Assembly: GCA_046759165.1 (NCBI GenBank)
Contig: JBHIBS010000009.1
Location: 1 to 53,798 of the forward strand
Length of the DNA: 53,798 bases
From: a bacterium
Lineage (GTDB): Bacteria; UBA6262; WVXT01
Reading direction: 5' to 3'
Shown: positions 35,301 through 43,973 of the stretch, piece by piece
Position numbering within the stretch: the first letter of the stretch is position 1
Layout: the number at the start of each line of letters is the position of its first letter
Made by a program: the position numbers and the translations under genes
Notes under the pieces: model-generated
What the model was told of the DNA's origin: nothing
Seen by the model: the letters and a program-made list of their open reading frames with translations, nothing else
Database searches by the model: none

Positions 35301-36268
35301 GAGATCCCGGTTCTTCCCGATTCTATCTTTCTTTGGAGGATGAATTAATGAGACTTTTCGGCTCCGCTCGCATAGCTCAAGTAATGGATAGACTGGGGCT
35401 CGAAGAGGGACAGGATATCCAGCACCCATTGATTACCCGAGCTATAGGGGCTGCTCAGAAAAAGGTGGAAGCGATGAACTTCGATATTCGAAAGCAGCTT
35501 CTGGAATATGACAATGTGATGAGTAAGAAAAGAGAAGTAGTTTACAAATGGCGCAGAAGAGTTTTAGAAGGAGCCAATCTGAAGGATGATATACTGGCTA
35601 TGTTCGAAGACCTTATTGATGATAAGCTTGTGCTCTATGCTCCTCCAAAGGTTTATCCCGAACAGTGGAATCTGGAGGCAATTTCTGAATGGCTGAAGCG
35701 GTCCTTTGGCATCCTTTTTTCAGTTCCTCCAGAAGATTTGAAACGGATGAAGCCGGAAACATTAGGTCAGCTGATCGCTGAGCGAATGAAACAGGCATAT
35801 GATGAGCGGGAGAGGGCGATGGGAGAAGAGATGATGCGTTTTATTGAAAGGATGGTTACTCTTCAGGTTGTCGACACACGTTGGAAAGAGCACCTTTATG
35901 ATATGGATAAATTGCGAGAAGGAATAGGACTGCGCGCTTACGGACAGAAAGACCCTCTTATTGAATATAAACGCGAGTCTGAGGGTGCCTTCGACCTAAT
36001 GCAAGGGCGTATGAGAGAGGAGATTTCCGATTACATCTTTAGAGTAAAAGTAGTGGCTGAGGAGGCGAGGGCAAGACCTCTTCCGAAGAGGGCGATGGCC
36101 CAAAGAGTTCCACTTGGTGGTGGAAAATATCGGGAGATGCCCGCTCGCGAAGCTGGGGCTTCGGCTTCCGCTATTCCAGCGCCTGTTCCCAAGCGTAGAA
36201 AGATTGGACGGAACGACCCCTGCCCTTGTGGAAGCGGGAAGAAATATAAGAAATGTTGTGGAAGATGA
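32351..36268 (+). CDS. secA: Preprotein translocase subunit SecA with a large internal insertion
   Basis: MATGEGKT, DEVDSILIDEARTPLIISG, GRRWSDGLHQAIEAKE, ATNMAGRG.DI, GTERHE.RRIDNQLRGRAGRQGDPG, SEC-C (GRNDPCPCGSGKKYKKCC); 1305 aa. Confidence 0.97.
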   Translation: MVGSILRKIFGSKAQRDIKRYEPILELVNSLEPAMSKLSDEELRAKTDEFRHRVSERAKEYREELERAENRFKEAVSPEERQKAKDELKKVRNRVLEDVLPEAFAVVREVAKRTLNMRHFDVQIMGGVVLHEGKIAEMATGEGKTLVATLPVYLNSLGGYKTHLVTVNDYLAKRDAQWMGPIYECLGLTVGFIQHDMSPSERRMAYSCDVTYVTNNELGFDYLRDNMAHSLEECVLGKMEYAIIDEVDSILIDEARTPLIISGPTERSPEIYYKANRIIPQLQGVFIVSKLESKVRQERQASRQLRGREIVVEDEVIKAKQQGIDLTMDYDYVVEEKNGNVYLTENGVNKSAHLLGINPQDTQWTEMDHYIKQSLRAYNLFLRDVHYVVKDGQVVIVDEFTGRLMPGRRWSDGLHQAIEAKENLRIAEENQTLATITFQNYFKLYNKLAGMTGTAATEAEEFWKIYGLDVVVIPTNKPLDRTNYPDVIYKTDREKWQAIVKEIEKCHKEGRPVLVGTTSVEKNEKLSELLKKGGIPHIVLNAKDHEGEAKIIAQAGRVGRVTVATNMAGRGIDIVLGGEPKELKGAVLSSIICEDSLKYVSSIVSNFKSPEAKFNGIKEDILFGLEKMRVLHRGFIDHEASRIKDSLINFVEDYTPFYEAFSNYTAKLREAIIQEQKYLEEIFSITEISTNDLQGLDKLLEKCKSKTQDLEYRFTRIKQNMEELMDLLKKEKPLFEDIVNKIIRIEEDNKNELEIVSKLKEAKEEQAKGKRISHEELGKRIGEIEKKLEKIKQDFHVLSEEYLSSLTEYTSEFKELEIIREDLDKKVSDRQLINIRENLLEEWRFAAYSRKLSPKLNEGINNLENIVRNQFQKKISPVIDRVETAVLGIRMYLREFEGIRQDLQKVNSLSEGKMASKDLTAIKDISALSAESRMKIGILSEDFEVYAKEHEKVVELGGLHVIGTERHEARRIDNQLRGRAGRQGDPGSSRFYLSLEDELMRLFGSARIAQVMDRLGLEEGQDIQHPLITRAIGAAQKKVEAMNFDIRKQLLEYDNVMSKKREVVYKWRRRVLEGANLKDDILAMFEDLIDDKLVLYAPPKVYPEQWNLEAISEWLKRSFGILFSVPPEDLKRMKPETLGQLIAERMKQAYDERERAMGEEMMRFIERMVTLQVVDTRWKEHLYDMDKLREGIGLRAYGQKDPLIEYKRESEGAFDLMQGRMREEISDYIFRVKVVAEEARARPLPKRAMAQRVPLGGGKYREMPAREAGASASAIPAPVPKRRKIGRNDPCPCGSGKKYKKCCGR

Positions 36269-36276
36269 CTATGTTC

Positions 36277-36485
36277 GGGATTTGGTTCGCTTGCTGACAA
36301 TTTTTTGCTTGTAGGGGTTCGATTTATCGAACCCGCGTACACGGGCTCAATAAATTGAGCCCCTACATTCCTCGATTTTTGGCTAAAAATTTTAATGCTC
36401 GCTACACCAAATCCCTTCGCATTAGGGAATAGGTCGTCTTCGATTTTTGGCTAAAAATTCCTGAAATCTTCACAAACAATCTTTT
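36277..36485. repeat. Family A-related composite element carrying a REP doublet, plus an orphan right arm
   Basis: GGGATTTGGT/ACCAAATCCC stem (36277-36286/36406-36415); 20-bp direct repeat TCGATTTTTGGCTAAAAATT at 36372 and 36440; CTTCACAAACAATCTTTT end. Confidence 0.7.
36311..36366. repeat. Inverted GTAG-REP doublet (REPIN-like)
   Basis: GTAG-GGGTTCGAT-tt-ATCGAACCC, 8-nt spacer, GGGCTCAAT-aa-ATTGAGCCC-CTAC; two perfect 9-bp stems. Confidence 0.88.
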
Positions 36486-36510
36486 AAATTTTAGGAATAT
36501 AGGAATAAAT

Positions 36511-38064
36511 ATGCGATGGAAAAGTCTAAGCTTAGCTCTTCTTTCAGGTATTTTGCTTATTCTCATATTTCCAAAGTTCAATCTATCATTTTTGGCATGG
36601 GTGGCTTTAGTTCCCCTTTTCCTGGCTCTGGAGGGTAGGAATTTAAAAGAGTCCTTTAATTTAGGATTTCTGGCTGGCTTGACTTCTTTTATGGGGATTC
36701 TCTACTGGATTTTTCCCACTATAGTGAGTAGCGGAGAATCGAAGTTATTGGCGTTTATTTTGCTTCTACTTCTCGCCTCTTATCTGGCAATATATTATGG
36801 TCTTTTCTGTCTAATCTTCAGGTATACCTCCTTAAAGATTATCCATTACACGTTGAGCCTTTTCTTGGCGCCTGCCCTCTGGGTTTCACTGGAACTTTTG
36901 CGAGCATACCTTTTTTCTGGATTTCCCTGGGCTCTCTTAGGCTATTCGCAATGGAACTTCACCGCCCTGATACAGATATCAGAATTTACTGGAGTTTACG
37001 GAGTTTCCTTCCTGATTGTGATGGTGAATGGGGTTTTGATGCAAGCGGGACGCTCGTTTGGGTTCTTCAGAGGAGAGGGAGTGCTATCTAAGGCAAGAGT
37101 CAAGAGAGGCGTATTGCCTTTGGCTCTAAGTGTGTTAGTGCTTATGTCCTGTTTAGCCTATGGCATGATTACTATATCGGGAGAATCTTTTGGAGAGAGT
37201 CGGAATCTCCGAGATGAAAAATCGATGACCAAGATCGCTTTACTACAGGGAAATATAGATCAATATATGAAATGGGATAAAAAGTATGAACGGATGATTA
37301 AGAATACTTATGGTGAGTTAGTGGATAGGGCTTCAAAGGAGAATCCTCAATTAATTATCTGGCCAGAGACAGCATTGCCGGGATACCTCAAACGGGAAAG
37401 ACAAGTCCAGGAATGGGTAGAGAGCGTGGTTGGCCGAACCAATGCATACCATATTATTGGTAGCCCTGAATATCGAGAAGGAGCTTATTACAATGCGGCA
37501 TTTCTGATTTCACCCGAAGGAGAGATTTTAGGTGAGTATGATAAAATTCACCTTGTTCCCTTTGGTGAGATAGTTCCTTTTCGGCCGATCCTTTCCCGCT
37601 TCATCGGTGTATTGAATGAACTGGGAGATTTTTCTCCCTCACGGGAACGTAAGCTATTAAGGACCCCTTTCGGAAGTTTTGCTGTGCTCATTTGTTGGGA
37701 GGGAATCTTCCCTCATCTCGTTCGTAAATTCGTAAAGGATGGGGCAGATTACGTAGCCAATATTACCAACGATGCCTGGTTTTTAAAGACGGCTGCCCCA
37801 TTTCAACATTTTATTGTAAGTATTTTTCGTGCAGCTGAGAATCGGGTGAGCATCATCCGCGTAGCTAACACAGGAGTTTCAGGATTTATCGATCAATATG
37901 GTAGAGTAACTAAGAAAACAGAGATATTTAAGAAGGACTATCTAAATTCTTCTGTTTCCAGGAGAATTCACCAAACTTTCTATACCAATTACGGCGATAT
38001 TTTTGCTTACCTGTGCGTAGCCCTGAGCATCTCTTTTATTGTCTGGAGGAGGTTTAAGTGCTAA
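36511..38064 (+). CDS. lnt: Apolipoprotein N-acyltransferase
   Basis: GFPWALLGYSQ, GVYGVSF, QGNI, WPETA, YDKIHLVPFGE, ICWE, TNDAWF, RAAEN, ANTGVS. Confidence 0.95.
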   Translation: MRWKSLSLALLSGILLILIFPKFNLSFLAWVALVPLFLALEGRNLKESFNLGFLAGLTSFMGILYWIFPTIVSSGESKLLAFILLLLLASYLAIYYGLFCLIFRYTSLKIIHYTLSLFLAPALWVSLELLRAYLFSGFPWALLGYSQWNFTALIQISEFTGVYGVSFLIVMVNGVLMQAGRSFGFFRGEGVLSKARVKRGVLPLALSVLVLMSCLAYGMITISGESFGESRNLRDEKSMTKIALLQGNIDQYMKWDKKYERMIKNTYGELVDRASKENPQLIIWPETALPGYLKRERQVQEWVESVVGRTNAYHIIGSPEYREGAYYNAAFLISPEGEILGEYDKIHLVPFGEIVPFRPILSRFIGVLNELGDFSPSRERKLLRTPFGSFAVLICWEGIFPHLVRKFVKDGADYVANITNDAWFLKTAAPFQHFIVSIFRAAENRVSIIRVANTGVSGFIDQYGRVTKKTEIFKKDYLNSSVSRRIHQTFYTNYGDIFAYLCVALSISFIVWRRFKC

Positions 38065-39186
38065 AAGATTTAAAGGACAAGCTGAGATTGATTACAGATT
38101 CTATGCAAAGACTAAGGAGGCATCTTTGACATAAAGAAGAAACAAGAAAGAATTAAAGGACTGGAAAGAGAGACCGGGAAAGTAGATTTCTGGAAAGATC
38201 GAGAGAAGGCACAGAAGATGATGCGAGAATTGAATTCTCTTAAGAAATCTGTTGACACCTGGAGAGATTTAAATAGTGAAAGGGATGAGATAGAAACACT
38301 CTTGGGGATGGCTAGCGAAGAGGAAAAGAGAGGCTGGGCGGATCGCCATTATGAGGGCTCAGTGGTTGGGGAACTTGAAAGGAGAATTAAGGATATTGAG
38401 ACGAGAATAGAGACTTTGAGCCTTCAAGCCAAAATGGTAGGAGAATACTATAAGAATAACGCTATACTCACATTGCATTCCGGGGCTGGTGGCACAGAAG
38501 CTTGTGATTGGGTGGAGATGCTTTTTCGGATGTACAGGAGATGGGCCGAAAAGAAGAATTATACTGTTACAATTACAGACATACTTGGGGGCGAAGAAGC
38601 GGGGATTAAAAGGATTACCTGTATCGTAGCAGGGGAATATGCCTATGGTTTATTAAAGCCGGAAACTGGCATTCATCGATTAGTTAGAATTTCACCTTTC
38701 GATGCAAATAAGCGTCGCCATACTAGCTTTGCTTCTTGTGATGTAATCCCGGAAATAAGTGATGAGATAAGAGTAGAAATTAATGAAAAGGACCTGAGGA
38801 TCGATACATACCGTGCTTCTGGCCATGGCGGGCAGCATGTTAACAAAACCGATTCTGCGGTACGGATTACTTATGTACCAACTGGTATAGTTGTGCAGTG
38901 TCAGAGCGATCGGTCTCAGCATAAGAATAAGGCTATGGCAATGAAGTTATTGCGAGCAAAATTGTTCGGATTGGAACAGGAAAAGAAGATGGCAGAAAAA
39001 GAGGCTCATTACCAGAAATTAAGCAATATTGCCTGGGGTAACCAGATTCGTTCTTACATTTTCTGTCCTTATACAATGGTAAAAGACCATCGGACGGGTT
39101 TAGAAGTTGGAAATATAGAATCTGTCATGAATGGGGGAATCGACCCATTTATTGAAGCCTATCTTTCTCAGAGGGAGAAGAAGTAA
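38058..39186 (+). CDS. prfB: Peptide chain release factor 2 (programmed +1 frameshift, ~375 aa)
   Basis: GTG 38058 after GGAGGAGG; 23 codons to CTT-TGA-C, then the +1 frame joins ORF 38218-39186; SPF and GGQ motifs. Confidence 0.96.
38115..38130 (+). promoter_or_regulatory. prfB +1 frameshift cassette
   Basis: AGGAGG-CAT-CTT-TGA-C: internal SD, 3-nt spacer, slippery CTT and in-frame TGA. Confidence 0.95.
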
Positions 39187-39293
39187 TTGCATATGTGTTA
39201 TTCAGTAATTGGTTTTTTTGTGGATTTTTTCTGGCAGGCACAATTTTCGTTAATCCCGTGTCTTCTCGAAGCGCTAAAAGAAACTGTTTTTGT

Positions 39294-39323
39294 TTGACAG
39301 AAGAGAATTTTATGTAATATAAT
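39294..39323 (+). promoter_or_regulatory. Sigma70 promoter for lysS
   Basis: TTGACA, 18-bp spacer, TATAAT. Confidence 0.7.
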
Positions 39324-39354
39324 AAATTCTCGGAAGGAAAAAGGAAATAACATT

Positions 39355-40836
39355 ATGAGTGAAATTAATAACCTGATTTCCCAGAGAAAACAGAAATTAG
39401 AAGAGTTGCGAAAGCTGGGGGTCGACCCTTATCCACATAATTTCTCTGCTACCCACGCCATCAGTCAGCTCAGGGAGAAATATGGAACCTTAAAACCACA
39501 GGAGAGGGATGAGGAAACTGTTTCTCTTGCTGGAAGAATTATGAGTCTGCGCAGGATGGGCAAAGCCAGTTTTGCTGACATAAAAGATGAGACAGGAAAA
39601 TTACAGATCTACGTTAGAGAAGATGTTTTGGGCGAACGGAACTATCGAATATTTAGAAAGTTTGACATCGGGGATTTCATTGGAGTCACTGGAAAAATTT
39701 TTTCCACTAAAACAGGAGAGTTGTCCATTCAGGTAGAAGATTTAACCCTTTTAGCTAAGTCACTCAGGCCGTTGCCTGAAAAATGGCATGGGCTTAAAGA
39801 TATCGAAACTCGTTATCGCCAGAGATATGTAGATTTGGTGGTCAATGAACAAGCAAAGAATATTTTTCTTACTCGCAGTTTGATTATCAAAGCGATAAGA
39901 AAATTCCTAGATGACTTGGGATTTCTGGAAGTTGAAACACCTATGATGCAATCAATTGTGGGTGGGGCAGCAGCTAAACCTTTCCTTACTCATCATCGGG
40001 TATTGGATATGGAGCTCTATTTGCGAATTTCACCGGAACTCTTTTTGAAGCGCTTAGTTGTAGGAGGGCTGGAAAAGGTTTATGAAGTAAACAGAAGTTT
40101 CAGGAATGAAGGGGTTTCAACCAGGCACAATCCAGAGTTCACTATGCTCGAAGTATACCAGGCTTATTCAGATTATAATGCGATGATGGACCTTTGCGAG
40201 AAGATGATTCTCTTCATTGCCAAAGAAGTTCTCGGGAAGGAAGGCCTCATCTATCGGAAAAACAAAATTAGCTTAGGAAGAATTCCCTGGCAAAGGTTTT
40301 CCCTGTATGATCTGTTGAAGGAACATACTGGGCTTGACTTTACAAGTATTCACGGGCTATCTGAAATGAGAAAGGCAGCCGACAGATTAAATGTAAAATA
40401 TGAGAAGGATAGTCCTAAACACAAAATTCTTGACCATATTTTTGAAGCTTATGTGCAGAAGAAGCTAATAAAAGCAACATTTGTACTCGATTATCCCACT
40501 GAGTTCTCCCCGCTGGCTAAGGCGAAGAAGGATAATCCTGAATTGGTGGAACGGTTTGAGCTATTCATAGCGGGAGAAGAATTGGTAAATGCTTATTCCG
40601 AGCTGAACGATCCTGTAGAGCAGCGGAGAAGAATGGAAGCACAGGTGAAGGAGAAAGGCATTGGCGAGGGAAGGGAGATGAGAGTCGATGAGGACTATCT
40701 ACGCGCACTGGAATATGGCATGCCTCCCTGTGGGGGTTTAGGGCTGGGGGTGGATCGCCTTGTTATGGTCTTTGCCAATTCCAATTCTATACGGGATGTG
40801 ATTCTTTTTCCACAGATGAGAAAGGAAACAGAATAA
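39355..40836 (+). CDS. lysS: Lysine--tRNA ligase (class II)
   Basis: LRPLPEKWHGL.D.E.RYRQRYVDL, FRNEG.STRHNPEFT, ERFELF, YGMPP.GG.G.GVDRL. Confidence 0.98.
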   Translation: MSEINNLISQRKQKLEELRKLGVDPYPHNFSATHAISQLREKYGTLKPQERDEETVSLAGRIMSLRRMGKASFADIKDETGKLQIYVREDVLGERNYRIFRKFDIGDFIGVTGKIFSTKTGELSIQVEDLTLLAKSLRPLPEKWHGLKDIETRYRQRYVDLVVNEQAKNIFLTRSLIIKAIRKFLDDLGFLEVETPMMQSIVGGAAAKPFLTHHRVLDMELYLRISPELFLKRLVVGGLEKVYEVNRSFRNEGVSTRHNPEFTMLEVYQAYSDYNAMMDLCEKMILFIAKEVLGKEGLIYRKNKISLGRIPWQRFSLYDLLKEHTGLDFTSIHGLSEMRKAADRLNVKYEKDSPKHKILDHIFEAYVQKKLIKATFVLDYPTEFSPLAKAKKDNPELVERFELFIAGEELVNAYSELNDPVEQRRRMEAQVKEKGIGEGREMRVDEDYLRALEYGMPPCGGLGLGVDRLVMVFANSNSIRDVILFPQMRKETE

Positions 40837-40871
40837 GAGTTTAAGAAACTAGAAGAGTAGAGTGACGTATT

Positions 40872-42149
40872 ATGGGATATGAACTTTTTATTAGTTGGAG
40901 ATATTTAAAAGCTAAACGGAAGCAGATATTTCTTTCGATTATCAGCCTAATTTCTATTAGCGGCGTAGCCCTGGGTGTTGCTGCACTGATCGTTACTCTC
41001 TCGGTGATGAATGGATTCAAGAAGGATTTGCGCGAGAAGATCATAGGAATGAGTTCGCATATTGTGGTTCTGGATCAGAAAAATATTGGATTGGAACAAC
41101 CGAATATAACCCAGAAGAAGATAGAGAGAATAGAATCGGTAGTAGCTGTTGCTCCTTTTATTTATGGGCAGGCGATGTTGAAGAATGGCGATAAAACCTC
41201 TGGAGCTGTGATCAAAGGAATCTTCCCTGAGGAGACAAAAAAGGTTACGAGTCTCTTAACACATTTAAAGGAAGGAAACCTCGATTATCTTGAAGTCCCT
41301 TCAAAGGAAAGAGGTAGCTCCCAGAGTAAGATTCTCCCAAAGGACCTCTCTAAGCACGAGAATGGCATCGTTCTGGGAGTGGAGTTGGCTAAGAATTTGA
41401 ATCTCTCTTTAGGAATGAATGCACTGTTGATTTCTCCCATGGATGTGGCAACGCAGTTGGGAATGATTCCTAGAATGGAGAGATTCCGGGTAGTGGGGGT
41501 CTTCGATTCTGGAATGTATGAATACGATGCAAATCTTGCCTATATCTTCTTCCCTGTAGCTCAAAAGTTATTTAATTTGGGAGAAAGAGCTACTGGGCTT
41601 GAAGTTAAAATCGATAATATCTTCTCCGCAGATAAGGTTGCAGCACTGATCCAAAAAGAGCTGGGCTACCCTCATTGGGCAAGGAGCTGGATGGTAACCC
41701 ATAAGAACCTGTTTGCAGCCTTGAAACTGGAAAAGGTAACGATGTTCGTTATTCTGGTTTTGATTGTTCTGGTAGCAGCCTTCAACATTATTTCCACTCT
41801 GATGATGATGACTATGGAGAAGACTAAGGATATTGGCATACTTAAAGCAATGGGTGCTGTAAGAAGCAGTGTCCTCAAAATCTTTCTTCTTGAGGGGTTG
41901 ACTATAGGTGTAGTGGGCATACTTATTGGGACAGTAGTGGGTTACATTGCCTGTCATCTTTTGGGGAAATACCAATTCATAAAATTGCCTCAAGATGTCT
42001 ACTATATAAGCAATTTACCAGTGCACGTGCAGGGAAGTGATTTTATATATATCATTTTAGTAGTTATTTTGATATCTTTAATGGCGACAATTTACCCTGC
42101 TTATAAGGCATCTCGCTTGGATCCTTGCGAGGCGATTAGATACGAGTGA
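40872..42149 (+). CDS. Lipoprotein-releasing ABC transporter permease (LolC/E/F type)
   Basis: ISWRYL, LSVMNGF, SGMYEYD, LFAALKLEK, VAAFNI, DIGILKAMG, ATIYPA.KA..AIRYE. Confidence 0.93.
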   Translation: MGYELFISWRYLKAKRKQIFLSIISLISISGVALGVAALIVTLSVMNGFKKDLREKIIGMSSHIVVLDQKNIGLEQPNITQKKIERIESVVAVAPFIYGQAMLKNGDKTSGAVIKGIFPEETKKVTSLLTHLKEGNLDYLEVPSKERGSSQSKILPKDLSKHENGIVLGVELAKNLNLSLGMNALLISPMDVATQLGMIPRMERFRVVGVFDSGMYEYDANLAYIFFPVAQKLFNLGERATGLEVKIDNIFSADKVAALIQKELGYPHWARSWMVTHKNLFAALKLEKVTMFVILVLIVLVAAFNIISTLMMMTMEKTKDIGILKAMGAVRSSVLKIFLLEGLTIGVVGILIGTVVGYIACHLLGKYQFIKLPQDVYYISNLPVHVQGSDFIYIILVVILISLMATIYPAYKASRLDPCEAIRYE

Positions 42150-42164
42150 GGAGAAAGGTAAAAA

Positions 42165-42914
42165 GTGCATAACAAGAGACCATTCTTAGAAGTTAGGAAT
42201 TTACATAAGAGTTACTACCAGGGTGAAATTGAAGTTAGAGCTCTTGTCGGAATTGATCTGCGGATAGTGGAGAACGAAGTGGTTGCGATTTTCGGTCCTT
42301 CGGGTGCTGGAAAGAGCACTTTGCTCCACATTCTTGGTGCCTTAGATCGTCCAACTGAAGGAGAGGTTATTTTTCAAAATCGTAATATTACTATCTTATC
42401 GGACAATGAACTTGCCCGGTTGCGGAACAGAGAGGTCGGCTTTATTTTTCAGTTTCACCACCTTCTGCCTGAGTTTACTGCGCTGGAAAATGTGATGATG
42501 CCTCTACTGATAGCCCAAAGCTCTTCTGGTAAGGATGGAGTCAGGAATCCCCTCTCTGGCAAGAAGGAACAGAGGAGGAAAAAAATCGAAGAGGAAGCTT
42601 TGAAAGTCTTGACTGAGGTGGGTTTAAAAGATAGAATAAACCACAGGCCAGCTGAATTATCAGTAGGTGAACAGCAACGAGTGGCTGTAGCTCGGGCGCT
42701 GGTCAATATTCCGAAAGCAATTTTAGCTGACGAACCAACGGGAAATCTGGATAGAAAGACAGGAGAGTCGGTCTTTGAGCTCCTGTTGGGACTGAATCGG
42801 GAAAGGGGAAGGACCTTAGTAATTGTTACCCATAACGAGGTACTGGTGGAGAAGATAGCAAGTTTAGAATCCGGAAGGGTTATTCAGTTACGCGATGGCA
42901 AAATAATAAATTGA
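42165..42914 (+). CDS. lolD: Lipoprotein-releasing ABC transporter ATPase
   Basis: GPSGAGKSTLL, GFIFQFHHLLPEFTALENV LolD motif, LADEPTGNLD, VTH. Confidence 0.92.
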   Translation: MHNKRPFLEVRNLHKSYYQGEIEVRALVGIDLRIVENEVVAIFGPSGAGKSTLLHILGALDRPTEGEVIFQNRNITILSDNELARLRNREVGFIFQFHHLLPEFTALENVMMPLLIAQSSSGKDGVRNPLSGKKEQRRKKIEEEALKVLTEVGLKDRINHRPAELSVGEQQRVAVARALVNIPKAILADEPTGNLDRKTGESVFELLLGLNRERGRTLVIVTHNEVLVEKIASLESGRVIQLRDGKIIN

Positions 42915-42921
42915 CAAATAA

Positions 42922-43022
42922 AAACCTTTGTGGAAGGGGTGACAGAGAGCGAAGCGAACGCAATTAGGGGAAACCTGTGGAGGTTTCCCCTATTGAGCAC
43001 AGGCAGATTCACAAAAAGGAGG
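42922..43022 (+). repeat. Family B conserved-end element ending in the ilvE Shine-Dalgarno
   Basis: Same ends as 15196-15325; the interior has GCGAAGC and a perfect 12-bp hairpin TAGGGGAAACCT/AGGTTTCCCCTA (42965-42992). Confidence 0.85.
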
Positions 43023-43026
43023 TTTA

Positions 43027-43905
43027 ATGGCACGGAAAATCTATCTGAATGGCAAGTTGGTACCTCGAGAAGAGGCAAAGATTTCTGTATTCGACCATGG
43101 ACTACTGTACGGAGATGGAGTCTTTGAAGGAATTCGAGCATATGATGCTCGTGTATTTAGATTATCTCAACACCTAGACCGCCTCTACGACTCAGCCAGA
43201 GCAATTGCACTTAAAATCCCCTTGACCAAGAAGGAGATGGAAGAAGCGGTAATTCAGACCTTAAGATCAAATAGTTTAAGAAGCGGTTACGTCCGCTTGG
43301 TGGTGACAAGGGGGGAAGGTGACTTGGGTCTTGACCCTCGCAATTGTGGAAAGCCATCGGTGTTTATTATAGCAGATAAGATCGAGCTTTATCCAGAAGA
43401 GTTATACAAGAAAGGGTTAGAGTTAGTTACTGTGGCTACAAAGAGAAATATTTCGGAAGCAATAGATCCGAGGATAAAATCGCTGAATTATCTGAATAAC
43501 ATTTTAGCGAAGATTGAAGCAGGGTTGCAAAATATGCCGGAGGCTGTAATGCTTAACAAAGATGGCTATGTTGCAGAATGTAGTGGAGATAATATCTTCA
43601 TTGTGAAAGAAAATGTCTTAATTACTCCTCCCTTTTACGTGGGTGTCCTTGCCGGTATCACCCGACAAGCAGTAATGGAACTGGCAGGAAACAAATTGAA
43701 GCTTCCGGTAAAGGAGGAAGTCTTTACCCGATTCCATTTATACAATGCAGATGAGTGTTTCTTGACTGGCACAGCTGCAGAAGTGATACCTGTAGTTAAG
43801 ATTGATGGTCGGAAGATAGCGGAGGGAAAGCCAGGAAGGATTACCAGTAGACTCATCAAAGAATTTCGGGAATTGACGAAAAAAGAAAGTAGGGAGACAT
43901 ACTAA
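43027..43905 (+). CDS. ilvE: Branched-chain amino acid aminotransferase
   Basis: DHGLLYGDGVFEGIRAY, KSLNYLNN (PLP Lys), ECSGDN, GITR, GTAAEV.PV. Confidence 0.95.
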   Translation: MARKIYLNGKLVPREEAKISVFDHGLLYGDGVFEGIRAYDARVFRLSQHLDRLYDSARAIALKIPLTKKEMEEAVIQTLRSNSLRSGYVRLVVTRGEGDLGLDPRNCGKPSVFIIADKIELYPEELYKKGLELVTVATKRNISEAIDPRIKSLNYLNNILAKIEAGLQNMPEAVMLNKDGYVAECSGDNIFIVKENVLITPPFYVGVLAGITRQAVMELAGNKLKLPVKEEVFTRFHLYNADECFLTGTAAEVIPVVKIDGRKIAEGKPGRITSRLIKEFRELTKKESRETY

Positions 43906-43973
43906 AAACATTAGATATTAAAAAGGTAGACTTGGCACTTTGAAGGGTAGTCGATCGGGCTAGGAGGAATTGT

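Noticed and set aside
43932-43960. CIRCE or sigma54 site before mcsA (TTGGCACTT); similarly TTAGCACTT at 26191
   Set aside because: Only a left half-site is present, with no GAGTGCTAA at 9-nt spacing and no TTGC at -12.
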